64,000 nucleotides of DNA from Octopus vulgaris (taxonomy: Eukaryota), in NCBI GenBank assembly GCA_951406725.2, contig OX597823.1, positions 30,442,001-30,506,000 on the forward strand, read 5' to 3'. Shown one piece after another: positions 1 through 13,904 of the stretch; the stretch's first letter is position 1; the number at the start of each line of letters is the position of its first letter. Made by a program: the position numbers and the translations under genes. Under the pieces are notes generated by a model that was not told the DNA's origin, searched no databases, and saw only the letters and a program-made list of their open reading frames with translations.

Positions 1-732
1 AATTGAAATTAATGTTTTCTTTTGACACATTCTACCAGTATACGAAGTTTCAAATTATTTAGTTAAGTAGAAAATTCTGTCCATCTTTTAGAAAAGATCC
101 GATTGAAATGCAATAGATCGATATTAGGGTCATAATTATGAGTGACAATTTCATATGACACCGCTAGAAAAAACTGCCGTTCAAACCGAAAAGATCCAAA
201 CTAGCCTCAAAAATACCTGATTATGATGCAAATTTCTTAAATACATAGCCATGCCTCTGCTTATAATTACGCTATTAGTTTTAGCATGTGGGGCGATGTG
301 ATTGGTTTTAATGATGGAAGTGGTGATGGGTAGAGTAACAGAAATAGAAGGACACAAATCGAGGCTAAGAAAGGTTTTGGATCAAAATGAAAGACTAAAA
401 TACATAATTGACTTTAATGCGATTCGAACCTAACGTGTAAAGAAAGGAATCTTAAAACGACACCCTCTTGCTTCTGTTGTACCATACTCTTTTAAAGTTC
501 ATTTGAGAAAAAGTCTAAATTGTTGTTCAAAGCTTAAAATGCCATTTAAAATAATGAGATATACACACATATGTGTATGGCAGTACGCATGTATGTATGC
601 GTGCGTGCATGCGCGCGCGTGTGTGTGTGTGTGTGTGTGTGTGTCTGAGAGAAAGAGAAGGGAGAGAGACAAAGAGGCAGACAGACTGAGAGAAGGGGCT
701 GTTGTAAGACTATGATATTCTATTTATATATT

Positions 733-790
<58 letters not shown>

Positions 791-815
791 ATGTATGTAT
801 CCTTACATATGTAGT

Positions 816-846
<31 letters not shown>

Positions 847-1149
847 CGTACGTGTGACATACCTTCCTATCCACATAGCTAATCAACATGCCATCCTACA
901 CCCTAAATAACCGACATTCCCTACCTTATCGCCCAACCTAACAGTATATACACCCACAAATGTGAGCCACAGCCAATGTTCGTCTGCCCGCACGCAAGCA
1001 CGGAGACGCGCAGGCGCGCGTACTCTACTACTGCTACTACTACTACTGCTAATACTACTACTACTACTACTACTACTAAAGCTAACGATATACACGGTGC
1101 GTGCAGGAAGGCGTAGTCCCTTCTTACCTTCTGTAATATGTATAGTCAG

Positions 1150-1185
<36 letters not shown>

Positions 1186-1551
1186 ATATGCATGTATGTA
1201 TGTATGTATGTATGTATGTATGTATGTATGTATGTATGTATGTATGTGTACAGACACACATGAAGGGGCGTTCGTGTGCTTGTGGGTAGGTACATGCGCG
1301 TACGGGGGTACGTAGGTGGGGATTCGGTGGGGGTTTTCTATCGTTAAAACGTTTTCATATGTTAACCATTATAGAAAGAAGAGTCTCCCAACGCAAACAG
1401 AACACTCTGAACTCTGTCTGACATTGGTGCGCCGTGGGAGGGTAACAAGGTGAGACGAGGAGGGGAGGGAGAAATGAAGGTAAGGGAGGGAAAATCATTA
1501 CAAAGGTAATATGAAACAACAACAATAAACTACTACTACTACTACTACTAC

Positions 1552-1623
<72 letters not shown>

Positions 1624-1624
<1 letters not shown>

Positions 1625-1847
1625 TTTCTTTACTACCCACAAGGGGCTAAACACAGAGGGGCCAAACAAGGACAGACAAACGGATTAAGTCGATTACATC
1701 GACCCCAGGGCGTAACTGGTACTTAATTTATTGACCCCGAAAGGATGAGAAGCAAAGTCGACCTCGGCGGAATTTGAACTCAGAACGTAACGGCAGACGA
1801 AATACGGCAACGCATTTCACCCGGCGTGCTAACGTTTCTGCCAGCTC
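1624..1847 (-). mobile_element. tRNA-derived SINE family A (Meta-domain-like core), tail-2 variant
   Basis: Minus strand reads GAGCTGGCAGAAACGTTAGCACG (A-box-like) ... GAGTTCAAATTCC (B-box), then a GTCGACTTTGC..TCATCCTTTCGGGGTC core and a tail ending GTGGGTAGTAAAGAAA. Many copies in window; flanked by (AAT)n on both sides. Confidence 0.9.
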
Positions 1848-1848
1848 A

Positions 1849-1926
<78 letters not shown>

Positions 1927-1934
1927 AATAATCC

Positions 1935-2374
1935 TCTCTTTATTGGCCACCAGGGCCGAACACAAAACATGAGGACGAAACACAGACGAGGGGCATTGAG
2001 GTTAAACGTGTGAACAGCAAACAAACACAACGATTAACAAAGAGATTAAATCAATAATATGCTTCCCCAATTGGAAGGAGTTCCACTTTAAGGTGACCAA
2101 AGAGACCTCACGCACTTTAGACCCCTTAACACCAACGGCTCCACGAGAAGGTTATCTCTCTCCTCCCTTCCATTCGGCCTACAGACTCACACTTAGTGTA
2201 GGCCCATCCACGCGGGCCGTTCTTGCCACATTCCCCCACCTTTCAACGAACTTACTGGGCGACAGTACCTCCCTCTCCAGTCTCCCTTCCCTTTGCAGGT
2301 GGAACCTGAAACGGTCAATGAGGCTTTGGCCAAAGAGAACGGTATCCATCTTCAATTGCCCTCCCTCCTAGCCA
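1935..2374 (-). mobile_element. 5'-truncated Tx1/L1-clade LINE 3' end (ORF2 C-terminus plus about 245 nt 3' UTR)
   Basis: Minus translation LKMDTVLFGQSLIDRFRFHLQREGRLEREVLSPSKFVERWGNVARTARVDG aligns by eye with the C-terminus of the LINE at 50795-50957 (IKTDNFISVQNLQ*FFSFHLKRKL*LEKRCLSECTFQKRWKLVARVLGVQG). Ends GGCCCTGGTGGCCAATAAAGAGA then (TTA)n. Confidence 0.75.
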
Positions 2375-2773
2375 AAGGAAAGAGGAATTCTTTGAGGTTT
2401 GAATAATTCACCTTTGGAAACATTGGTGTTTCATTCAACATCATTAAACAATCCTTATACAGTGACCTTTTGTGCAAGATGGGCTACTCAACCTGAAGAA
2501 AAATTCCAACTGAGCTCTACCTGCAAGGTCATGCGTTGTTTATCTTGATATGAGATCAACATGTCGCGCACATATGGTGATGCATGTGCCAGGCGAACCC
2601 TTATCAGACGGGTAGTCATGATGGGTAAACGGGACTTCGTATACTTGTGCCCCCAGCGTCACTTTAAAGACTAGGAGAAAGTCCTTCTATCTTTTCTATG
2701 AGCAAGATAAATGATAGCTATGTGGATAAGACGAAGAACCATTCCAGGGTGGGTCTAAGTGTGTGTGTGAGTA

Positions 2774-2842
<69 letters not shown>

Positions 2843-3975
2843 ATGCGTGAATGTTTGTCTACATCAGTTAAGCAAGCTAAGTAAAAATATTTTTTGATAC
2901 TTCATGAAAAGCGTTTCAAGTGATTTTAACATCCTTGTGTGTTATTAAAGAGCTACGATGTATATTCCTCGATGTAACATATATATAAGTATGCATGTGT
3001 GTATGTTTGAATGTGTGTACGTATGTATATATGTATGTATGTGTATATGCTTGTCTATAAAAGTATATACATACATATGTATAGGTATGTATATATGTGT
3101 GTGTGTGTGTGTGTGCGTGTATGTGTGTACGTACAGACATACATACGGATATGCATGTATTTATGTGAGCCTGTGTGTATATATTACTGTATATGTATAT
3201 ATATGGGGTGATAGTTATTTCCATTTACATTAATTAACAATGATGAATTAGTAATTAATGTTAGCCACCCACCCACACAGCAGGAGAGAAGCGATTATTT
3301 TCGAAAGTAAAATTATAAAACGGGGATAAATAGCTTTCATCTTAATCACGTTTGCTCTAATTTTAAATGATTTTGATATTAATTAACATACTGAACTGTT
3401 TTGTTGTTTCCCCTCTTAATATGGCAATCTAAGAGGAGGTGGCGGTGGTGCTAGCGGCGGTGATGGTGGCGACGATGGTGGGGGTAGTGGCTGGGTGCTT
3501 CTGGTAAAGTTGGAAATCGAAACTGCTTCTTTCATATATTTTTATAGTTGAAAAACATGAGCATCCCAACTTTCAATGGGTTTATACAACACGGACTTTC
3601 TGGACATCGATGGTCCGGAACCTCGTGTAGTCTGTACTAATTTCCTTGACAGACACCCAAATCTCTCAGTCCTTGTCCCCACCACCCCTATCCGTCTCTG
3701 CTCTCCAAGGTCCGGCCTTATTTCAACATCACTCTGAAAGATAGCGCCTGGATGTCAGCAAAAACGAATTCCAATGGCTCTAGCTCAAAGTCTCTTTCTT
3801 TCACACCCCAAATACACCTGTACCCAATATCGCTCCCCTCTTAACTTTCTTAAGCATCTTACATCACTTTGACTAAAGATCTTCCTGCATTAAGGATATA
3901 TTATCTTATTTCGTCCAGCTAAAACGTCAACGTTTTCGGCGACTCACACGCTCACTACTCCTCGTGCCTATATAC

Positions 3976-4215
3976 CCTTTCTACTAAAGGCATAAAGCTT
4001 GAAATTGTGGGGAGGGGGCCAGTCGATTAGATCGCCCCCAGTGTTTCACTGGGACTTAAGTTATCGACCCCGAAAGGATGAAAGGCAAAGTCAACCTCAG
4101 CGGAATTCGAACCCAGAACGTAGCGGCTGAAGAAATACCTATTTCTTTACTGCCCACAAGGGGCTACACACAGAGGGGACAAACAAGGACAGATAAACGG
4201 ATTAAGCCGATTATA
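3976..4215 (-). mobile_element. SINE A array (partial tail-2 unit joined to headless tail-1 unit)
   Basis: Family A core; junction GAAATACCTATTTCTTT at 4132-4148; tail-1 (GGCCCCCTCCCC..AATTTC..GTAGAAAG) at the left end. Confidence 0.85.
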
Positions 4216-4558
4216 TCTGCCGTTAAGTTCTGAGTCCAAATTCCGCCGAGGTCGACTTTGCCTTTCATCCTTTCGGGGTCGATAAATTAAGTACCAGTTA
4301 CATACTGTGGTCGATGCAATCGACTTAGTCCGTTTGTCTGCCCTTGTTTGTCCCCTCTGTGTGTAGCCCCTTGTGGGCAGTAAAGAAATTGGTATTTCTT
4401 CAGCCTCTACGTTCTGAGTTCAAATTCCGCCGAGGTCGACTTTGCCTTCCATCCTTTCGGGGTCGATTAAATAAGTACCAGTTGCGTACTGGGGTCGATC
4501 TAATCGACTGGCCCCCTTTCACCAAAACTTCGAGCCTTGTGTTTAGAGTAGGAAAGTA
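4216..4558 (+). mobile_element. SINE A array (tail-2 unit joined to headless tail-1 unit)
   Basis: Two family A cores; junction AAAGAAATTGGTATTTC at 4382-4398; ends with tail-1 TAGAGTAGGAAAG. Confidence 0.9.
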
Positions 4559-5016
4559 TAAGTGTATGAATCTGTGTAATTCTAGGTGTGTGTGTGTATG
4601 TGCGTGTGTTTTCATGTATATGTACACACGTATATATTTACGCATGTATGTATAATACATTTAAGTATTCTGAATGTAAAACTCGCGCAGATTCAAATAA
4701 AGAATCTTCGGAATGCTGTATCTATACTGAATCTATAGTGGTGAGTCACACTTATCTACTTTTTGAATTCAGATTTCCAGATAGCTAAGTTTCTACGCCG
4801 CGCAGTGTATGTTGGGTAGAGTTAAAAAAAACCCAGGTCAAGGTCGAAGAGCCTTCCTGCTGAAACTTCAATCAAAACATACACATCTGTTCGACAGATG
4901 ATCTTCTCAAGTATAAGAATCTTGTTCCCGTCTCACACAACAATGTCACGCATGTAGTGTTTGCATTTGGTAGATGCTTTCATTGGTATGCTCCATTATG
5001 GGACACACACGCACAC

Positions 5017-5073
<57 letters not shown>

Positions 5074-5182
5074 CATTCACACATAACAACACAGATATAT
5101 TGCACGCACACGGATACACGCACATAGACAAACAAACACATATATCCACACAGAGATAAGACACGTCCAAATACATGAGAAC

Positions 5183-5219
<37 letters not shown>

Positions 5220-5267
5220 ATCTATATATAAATGTGTGTGTGTGTGTGTGTGTTTTTGTTGGCTTTT

Positions 5268-5585
<318 letters not shown>

Positions 5586-5595
5586 TTGTATGTAA

Positions 5596-5626
<31 letters not shown>

Positions 5627-5635
5627 TGTATATCA

Positions 5636-5812
5636 CGACGCGGTTTCCTTCAAACAAATTCACTCACATGGCATTGATCGGCCCAAGGCTATAGCCGAAG
5701 ATCCAAAGTGTGATGCAATGGCACTAAACCTGAAACCGGGTTTAGTTCCACTGCAGCAGTGTGTTTATTTTGGTTGCAAAGCGGGCGTCTTAACGGCATA
5801 GCCTACGCCTAC
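5636..5812 (-). mobile_element. SINE family B 5' half, degenerate
   Basis: Remnant of the family B reverse complement (AAATTCACTCACA..GGTCGGCCCAAGGCTATAG..). Confidence 0.6.
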
Positions 5813-5834
5813 AAAAAAAAAAAAAAAATGAAAA

Positions 5835-7580
5835 AGACTGGTTCTTATCGAGCTTCCAGATAATGAGGTGGTTGTACCTTCCAAGTTGTCTCTGATGGAG
5901 TCTGTTTTCTTTTTGTTAACGCGAAGACCAATTACTTGCCGCGATATCTTCCAGTCTGTAAATCACAACAGTGGTTCTTGCTGTCGTGTGTGACACTACG
6001 GCTAAGTTATCAGTATAATCTGTATTTGTTTTTGTTGTGAGTGGGTGTCCAGAACTTCTTGATTTTCTGTGAGTAAAGTCAAGTTTCTTGCTATGCTGTA
6101 CGGAGGAGATAATCAAGACAGCTCAGATGTAAAGAAGGCACAAGGGCATCGCCTTCTAAGACATTAGCCCCAATGAGAAAAAAAAACATGTCTCCGTCAT
6201 GTGGATCACATCTTAGCTTGAGCGCTTTTGCAGAGCATCATTATTGCATCCACTGTTCTTTGAAGGATTCCATCGGCCATTCTAATGTGTTGTATCTAAC
6301 TTAAGTGATTTAGTGAAAAGCTTTGAAAAAGCGACGAATAACATAATGACATGAAGATTCATTGTTCGAACATCCTGGCAGAAACGTTAGCACGCCGGGC
6401 GAAATGCGCAGCCGTATTTCGTCTACCGTTATGTTCAGGGTTCAAATTCCGCCGAGGTCGACTTTGCCTTTCATCTTTTCGGGGTCGATAAAATAAGTAC
6501 CAGTTACGCACTGGGGTCGATGTAATCGACTTAATCCGTCTGTCTGTCCTTGTTTGTCCACTTTGTGTTTAGCCCCTTGTGGAGTAGTAAAAAAAGAAAT
6601 ACAGAGTGCGGCAGAAAAACATCCCATTTTTGTTGTTTCAACGTATTTTAAGCTAGTGAAGTTAGGCAGGAGGTAATAGAGTCTTCATGTAGCTAATGTT
6701 TTTTGTTTTTTTTCGATTATTATCGTGGTTTTGGTCGGTGCACACCGTGTGTTTGCTCTTGAAATGTTTGTCAACCTGTAAAGCGTTGGAGGTTTTTCGC
6801 TGCGCCCTACATTTGATCAGTTGTTGAGCGGGTCCCTTTGAATCCATTCTGATTTTCTAAGAAAAAAATCTTTTCGATCTCCAGCTGAATACGGTTCATT
6901 GTGTTATAGATCTTAGCTGCAACAGCTGTTAATGTAATACTCCAATAGTTCTGTACAAAGTCTAAATCAACCTTTTCGAAGGGAAGGGAGGATACAGACT
7001 TTAGTCATACATTGACTGTGTTTTCATTGTAAGCAGAGTTACACAGTTGACGAAGTACATTATTAAATATTCCTGTTTTTCACACTTCAGCAAATATTTT
7101 GTGCAAACTAGGATCTTACCTACTTTTTACCTTCTATTTTAATCAGACCCTCTGTTGCTTTACAGACTCTGAAGTTACTTTGATATTTAGTTTGTCGTTA
7201 ATGAAGGCTTCAACAGGTTTGTCAGTAATGATTCGCAGTTTCCCAAAGAGAGTTTGAAACTTGTCCTTCCATTGGTTGAAACGACGCTTTTAGTTTTGCT
7301 TTCTTAGTCCTTTTTTTTTTTTCGGGCCACTAGTTTCATAAACAGTCTGCCATATTAAAAGACGTCTGTTGATTATCAACAGAGTGTGTAATGACATTAG
7401 TCTTATTTTGGATGTAGTTTTGATGCTCTAGTTCATCTGTATCAGTGAGTTCATTTTGGGTGCTTTTTTTAGATCTGATGTAGTTTCTTTTTGAAGTTAT
7501 CAGTTCGTTTTTTTTTTTCTTTTTTTTTTTTTTAAATATTTTTCCTGGGCGGTGGATTGCCGGTATGTTATAGTGCGGTG
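5835..7580 (-). mobile_element. Decayed RTE-like LINE reverse transcriptase region, interrupted by a SINE A
   Basis: Frameshifted minus translations: NYWSITLTAVAAKIYN (about 6905-6950), VLEGDALVP..CLDYLLRT (QGD motif remnant) and RSSGHPLTTKTNTDYTDNLAVV (decayed ITDADYADDLALL). Many stops; the boundary near 7580 is uncertain. Confidence 0.75.
6375..6599 (+). mobile_element. SINE A, tail-2 variant inserted in the RTE LINE
   Basis: Head CTGGCAGAAACGTTAGCACGCCGGGCGAAATG, core, tail TTTAGCCCCTTGTGGAGTAGTAAA. Confidence 0.9.
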
Positions 7581-7794
7581 TCTCAGTAAAAATATGATTG
7601 AAATATAACAGCGAAATAAAATCATGGTAAAATATAATAGGCAGAATGGTATGTAATGGAAAAAGAATTAAAATAAAGATTTTAAACCAGCATAACATTA
7701 AAAATAGTGATAAAATAACTTGATAAAAATAAATATTATTTGCGTTTAATTGCTGGAATTGTACCAAAATTTGAAATCAATTTATATATGTATA

Positions 7795-8119
7795 GGCATA
7801 GGAGTGGCTATGTGGTAAGTAGTTTGCTTACCAACCACATCGTTCCGCGTTTAGTCCCACTGCGTGGCACATTGGCCACGTATATATGTGTGTGTATGTA
7901 TGCGTGTATGTATGTATGTATGTGTGTGTATGTATGTGTGTATGTATGTATGTATGTATGTATGTATGTATGTATGTATGTATGTATGTATGTATGTGTG
8001 TGTGTTTCTATCTCTGTATTTGTTCCCCCACCATCGCTTGGTGTGTTTACGTCCCCGTAACTTAGTGGTACTGCAAAAGAGACCGATAGGATAAGTACTA
8101 GGCTTACAAAGAATAATTC
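7795..8119 (+). mobile_element. SINE family B (internally deleted) with expanded (TATG)n
   Basis: Head GGCATAGGAGTGGCTATGTGGTAAG..TTAGTCCCACTGCGTGGCAC; 3' part GTCCCCGTAACTTAG..GACCGATAG..AAGTACTAGGCTTACAAAGAATAA matches 55864-56142 and 34518-34952. Confidence 0.85.
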
Positions 8120-8148
8120 CTTTTACTCTGTCTCTCTGTCTCTCTCTC

Positions 8149-8221
<73 letters not shown>

Positions 8222-8672
8222 CTGCACCATGTAAAGCTTGACTAGAGATATCAACCAACCAACATTTAAATCAACAATCATTATGTAGAGAGGTTATTAA
8301 TTTTTTGTTTAGTGCTTCTTAATTTTTACGTTTAGCCTCTTGTTGCTAGTATGAAAACAATCACTTCGTTGTCACTCTTCTAATTAAGTTAATCACCCCA
8401 TTAGTACTTGTACTTCTTTAGAATAAAATAAAGTTTTGAATGTTCTTTTTCTCATATAATGACAAACATTCATAAATAAAATATGCCAATACATATAAAT
8501 GTAAGTATGTAAACGTTGCCTTGCTTAGGGTGGCGGATTGAAGGTTGGCCTACTTTAATAAGACGATGCAACTTTGTCTTAATATTTGGAATGTACGACT
8601 AAAATGATAACGGGGTTATTAGAAAATTACTATTTTTAAATCTCACAACATGGTATATTCAGTAAGAGTACT

Positions 8673-9008
8673 TTGTAGTAAAGATTGTTTGCCAACATAA
8701 CATGGCAATCCTGATTTAGGGCGAATGTTGCTGTAATTTAGCCCCAGAAGACATCGTCTCCAGCTGGCTATAGGACACGATCTGTGTTCTTATATTTTCG
8801 AACAAGCACCCCTAATCAGCTCAAAATCGTGATGCACAGATATCGTTTTGAGCTGAGTAGGGGTGCTAGATTCCCTTGTTCGAAAATATAAGGACACAGA
8901 TCGTGTCGTATAACCAGCTGGAGACGATATCTCCTGGGGCTAAATTGCAGCAATATTTGTCCTAAGCCAGGACTGCCATGTTATGATGACAAACAATCTT
9001 TACTACAA
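8673..9008. mobile_element. Fold-back (fully palindromic) MITE-like element
   Basis: Left arm TTGTAGTAAAGATTGTTTGCCAACATAACATGGCA..TCAGCTCAAAA is the reverse complement of the right arm TTTTGAGCTGA..TGCCATGTTATGATGACAAACAATCTTTACTACAA. Arms about 155 bp with a short central spacer. Confidence 0.85.
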
Positions 9009-11314
9009 CGGGATTATTATTTAAATGGAACGTTTAGTGCCTTTTGACTGAGACCGTTCATGTACTACTAAATGATGACAGGATTATTTGTTTAAAGATG
9101 TTATAGGTGTTCTATAACCAAACTAGGATCGTTCATCTTTTAAATTAATAAAATAACCTGAAGATTTACATGACTGCGCTGAAATTAGCAATTATTACAA
9201 AGCTGAAAATACTATTATTACTATTACAACAAGCTTTGATTGTTCTAGCTCTGAATTGAGTCTGAAAAATAAGAATTGTATATTTGAGGATGGAGGATAG
9301 GTATTCCAATTCCATAGCTTTTCTGATGACCCAGCTAACTTGTTTTTCAAATTTCAGATTTTTTTAATGCTTTATCGTTGTCAACTTTCATTGTAATTAT
9401 ATAATATACAAGAGCCTTAAGTAAAATCATGTCGAGCAAAGAAAACATGTCGCTGGTTCCACATGAAACATGACTTAAGGTTTTACTGAATGCTCACTCG
9501 TCCCACAAAAAAATATTGTTTTAAATGTAGTTGAACTCTTTTGAAAGAAGTTTTAAAAGCTTCACAATTTCTGATCAATCAAAAATAAAGTATTCAAATA
9601 AAGCTAATTGAACCGACGACTATTCAAAAAAATTTACACAGCAAACTAAATTACAAATTTTCTAAGACATAAAGAAAACGATAATAAGATGATGTCAATA
9701 TTGCATCAAGTGAAATTGAAAAAGATATTGAGAAAAAATGGCCGTAGTCGAACAGTTACGGCGGTCAAAAAGTTTATATAATGTGATGCATGGATATGCT
9801 GCGGGTATTTTAAAAAGAAATTACCATTAAGCAACGATTTAATTCCAAAATGAATTGATTAAATGTCACGGAATACTGGAGAACAACAAGTTGAAAGATT
9901 AAATTAAAAGATTAATTTTTTAATTAAGGTTAATGAGGGTCTTGTTATTGGCAATAGTCATCAATAACAAGTCTCTTCAATGGCGAATGTAAGGGGAGTG
10001 GAAATTGAAAGATTATATCAAGTAGTTAAAAACAACCACTGTTTGGGAATCTATTTTTATTGGTTTGTAGATTCTGGTTTGATGAAAAACTTCTGTAGCA
10101 AATTTGATATCGATTGCAACTAATGCAACTAATTGCAACTAAACCGACTTTAATGGTCAGAAAGCATAAAGACCTCACAGCATATTTGCAAAAAATGTCT
10201 TGCAAACTTTGCAATGCATTACATTATTCACAAACACAATCTTATAGCAAAATTACTTTTAGTCAAAATCTGCACTATTCACTATAATTATTAAAACTAT
10301 CAATAAAATATCGATCAGATCGAAAATTTTCGATCACAGAGAAAAAATATCAACCACATAAAAAATATAATCATTTGTTTAGAAAGTTTGGGTCGAATCA
10401 TTATAAACCGTATGGAAAACTCTACCTACGGGTATGTCCATCCATTTTCTCAGACTACTATTCGAGCCGCTTTGATGTATGAAAGTCCAGTGAGACAGTC
10501 ATTGTCTCAATCTGTGGAAAGCAGCCATCGCTGTTTGTGTGCAGAGTGAAAACAGAAAACTTTCAGTAACATCCTCTACTCGTACCCGTTGCCTCTTTCC
10601 TTATCGCCATCAGATGTATAAAGAAAGTGTGAAGGTGTCCGCGTCAATGTCTTGGTTTCCTCAACAACTAGCACGATGAATATTATTATGGTGGTTCGCC
10701 TGGTTTGTGCAGAGCCGGTTCCAGTCTCTCTCGTCCTCCAAATTCGTATTAATGGAGCACAAGGGCCACGAATCTAGTAGTTATCAGGATGCAGGATTTG
10801 TATGAAGTTGCCTTCTCTTAGAGGAGTAGCTAAAGAGCAGAAGGGCCTCCTCTACCCTAAGTCTGATACGGTGTCTGTGAGTCAATTCCATAACAAGCTA
10901 ATCAACCATAGCATGGATCTTGGCTAATGCTACTACTCTGGGTCAGAGTAGAACAGAGAACAATAATGGCTAAGAAGTGACTTCAAGCTCCTCCAAATTC
11001 TGGAACACCCAACCAGGTACCCAGTACTGAAAGTCATTCCCATGACATATTCTGGTCATTAAAATACCAAAATGGCCAAAATAATTGTCTTTTTTCCAAC
11101 ACCATCATCTGTGAATGAAACTGGGTTTAGTACAAGGAATAAATTGCTAAAAGAAATAGGGTGGATGTAGACAAGACGGTCACATAACAAATAGGCACAA
11201 TGACATTAAGTTGACCATTGCATATTTAGTAGAAAACCTTCAACCTCTAGAACCTCAGTCTATAAAATAGTTCAGTTGAATGGTTTTACATTTTACTTTG
11301 TGTGGTGGTGGGGT

Positions 11315-11475
11315 TTACGTACCCATAACTTAGTGATTCGGCAAAAGGCATCGACAGAATAAGTACACGGCTTCAAAGATATTACTGGGGTCGATCTGAT
11401 CGACTAAACCCTTGAAGGTGGTACCCTAGGGTGGCCACAGTCCAGTAATTGAAACAAATACAAGGTAAAAGGTAA
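11315..11475 (+). mobile_element. SINE B 3' half, old diverged copy
   Basis: TTTACGTACCCATAACTTAG..GGCAAAA..GAATAAGTAC..CTGGGGTCGAT..CGACTAAA..GGCCACAGTCC. Confidence 0.7.
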
Positions 11476-11959
11476 GACATTTTGATGTAATTTGATGGGT
11501 ATCTGGCGCTATTTTTAGCCTAGTCGAATGACCACACGAAAGTGTTTTCTTGACTTGTTCATGAGAGGTTTATCGTTTACGAAAGAGGCACCGTTTAGTC
11601 AGAGACAGAAAGGCGCTAACCATGACCCGGTGTCATTTGAAGGCATTAGCACACTGGGCAGTTGCTCGGGGGCTCCACGGTTTTTAGGGACCTAATTATG
11701 ATCATTGTATGTTGTGGCTTGCTGTCAGTAAATAAATACAATAGAGCCGAATGCACTGATTTGTCCAGGGGCTCATAATGCTATGAAGACGGCCTCGCCA
11801 TTGACCCTTCGTTATCTCTTCTTTTCTTTCTGAGGGCTTCAAAAGGAAAGAAAGAAACTGTCCTTAGACCAGAAGCCTACACCGATGTAAATAACCAGAT
11901 TTCCTGCTTGAGGATAACTGAATGAACTCTAATAAGAAGAACAGGCAGTTGTCTTAAAC

Positions 11960-12013
<54 letters not shown>

Positions 12014-12380
12014 GGTGGTGGTAGTGGTGGTGGTGGTGGTGGTGGCAGTAGTGGGGGTAGTAGTAGTAGTTGTAGTAGCTGTAGCAGCAGCAGCAGTAGT
12101 AATACTGACGTTCAGTTATAGTGGATGCTTTGTTATATCTGTTGACCTCTATCCCGGTCAGTTTCTGGACAGATTCCAAGCAACAACGGTCGATCCTATC
12201 GAATGCTTTCTCCCTTTCTCACTCTTTCTCTCTCTCTCTCCCCCCTTCTTCTTCTTCTTCTTCTTCTTCTTCTTCTTCTTCTTCTTCTTCTTCTTCTTCT
12301 TCTTCTTCTTCTTCTTCTTCTTCTTCTTCTTCTTCTTCTTCTTCTTCTTCTTCTTCTTCTCCTCCTCCTCCTCCTCCTTC
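11960..12380. repeat. Compound trinucleotide microsatellites (GTA/GTG)n and (CTT)n
   Basis: Directly visible perfect and imperfect arrays. Confidence 0.95.
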
Positions 12381-13054
12381 TACTACACCCATCTTTCTCC
12401 CCCTCTATAGACATAGCCACCCTTCTAACATTGTAGCCGACTTACTGCCTTAATCGTAAATATTGAAATATTTCCATCAATTCCTTCATATTTTAAAATG
12501 TTAAAACGTTAGAAATAGCAGTCAAATTTCCCCTAAATTACTTCTTACCGTAGGATACGATAAAATATAAAAAATACGTAGTGGGATCGATTTGTTCCAC
12601 TGACCCCGTCAAGATGGTGCCACAACATGGCCGCAAACCAGTGACTGAAACATGTATAAGATAAAAGATAAAATATATTTTCATTGATAACTAATATATT
12701 TTTGACTTTTTTAGTAAGTACGGCAGACAATTCCAGACATATTTTGGTTTTATTCTGATCTCATTAGCGAAGCATAGAATTCACCGTAGTTGCCGAGGTT
12801 AATGATACACTCCACTTTTCATCCAAATCGTTTTGCCTTTGTGCCTATAATAAAACTAATTATCTGCCTGCAAAACACCAGAATTCAATACATTTTATGT
12901 ATTTTTCACAGGCGTGGTATTTATTACTTATTTTTAAAAAAATACTGTGCTTCGAGTCACACCCACTCAAATATCGCCTTTTCTTCTGAAACGAAAATTA
13001 CAAGTAATTATTTATTCAAAATCAGCGCGATTTTATATCTATTAAATATACTTG

Positions 13055-13098
<44 letters not shown>

Positions 13099-13305
13099 GA
13101 TACACACACACATACAGTGACACACCACACACACAGTGACACATACACACAAAGTGACACATACACATACAGTGACGCACGCACACATACGGACATGCAT
13201 ACATACTCAAAATACTAAACTCGCACCAGTGCTATGTTAGTGGCATTTTGCTCTATATTCTTCAGGGTCCTATATTCTTTACGTCACTATGAAATGATTT
13301 CCTTT

Positions 13306-13340
<35 letters not shown>

Positions 13341-13343
13341 CAC

Positions 13344-13466
<123 letters not shown>

Positions 13467-13904
13467 GCTCGTATTCAGAGCGTGAAGCTGCTATATAAAA
13501 ATGAATTACTATAGAGAATAAAACTATTCATGTTATTGAAAATACTTTTTATTCCCTGAGCCATGATCAAAGATAATCACTTTTGTTCACCCAAGCTTGC
13601 ATACATTCATAGCAATAGTCTTTTCCTTTTCCTATTCGTTTCTTTCTTTCTTTCTCCGTTTAATATTTTATGACTTACGTTATGTAATCTGTTATGACAC
13701 ATGTACGAAGCATGAAATTTTGGTGGAAGGTGTCAGTCATTTGTTCGACTAAGCCCTTCAAGTTAGTGCCCCAGCATAGCTGCAGTCCAATGTAGTGTAA
13801 TTTGGTGGATATTTGGCGCCATTTCTAGCCCAGTCGAGTGACCACATGAAATCACTTCCTTGATTTGTTTATAGGAGGCTTGCCGTTTACAGAAGCGGTA
13901 TCGT

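Noticed and set aside
9400-10260. Possible decayed DNA transposase coding remnants
   Set aside because: AT-rich with coding-like texture, but I could not recover a convincing motif by eye.
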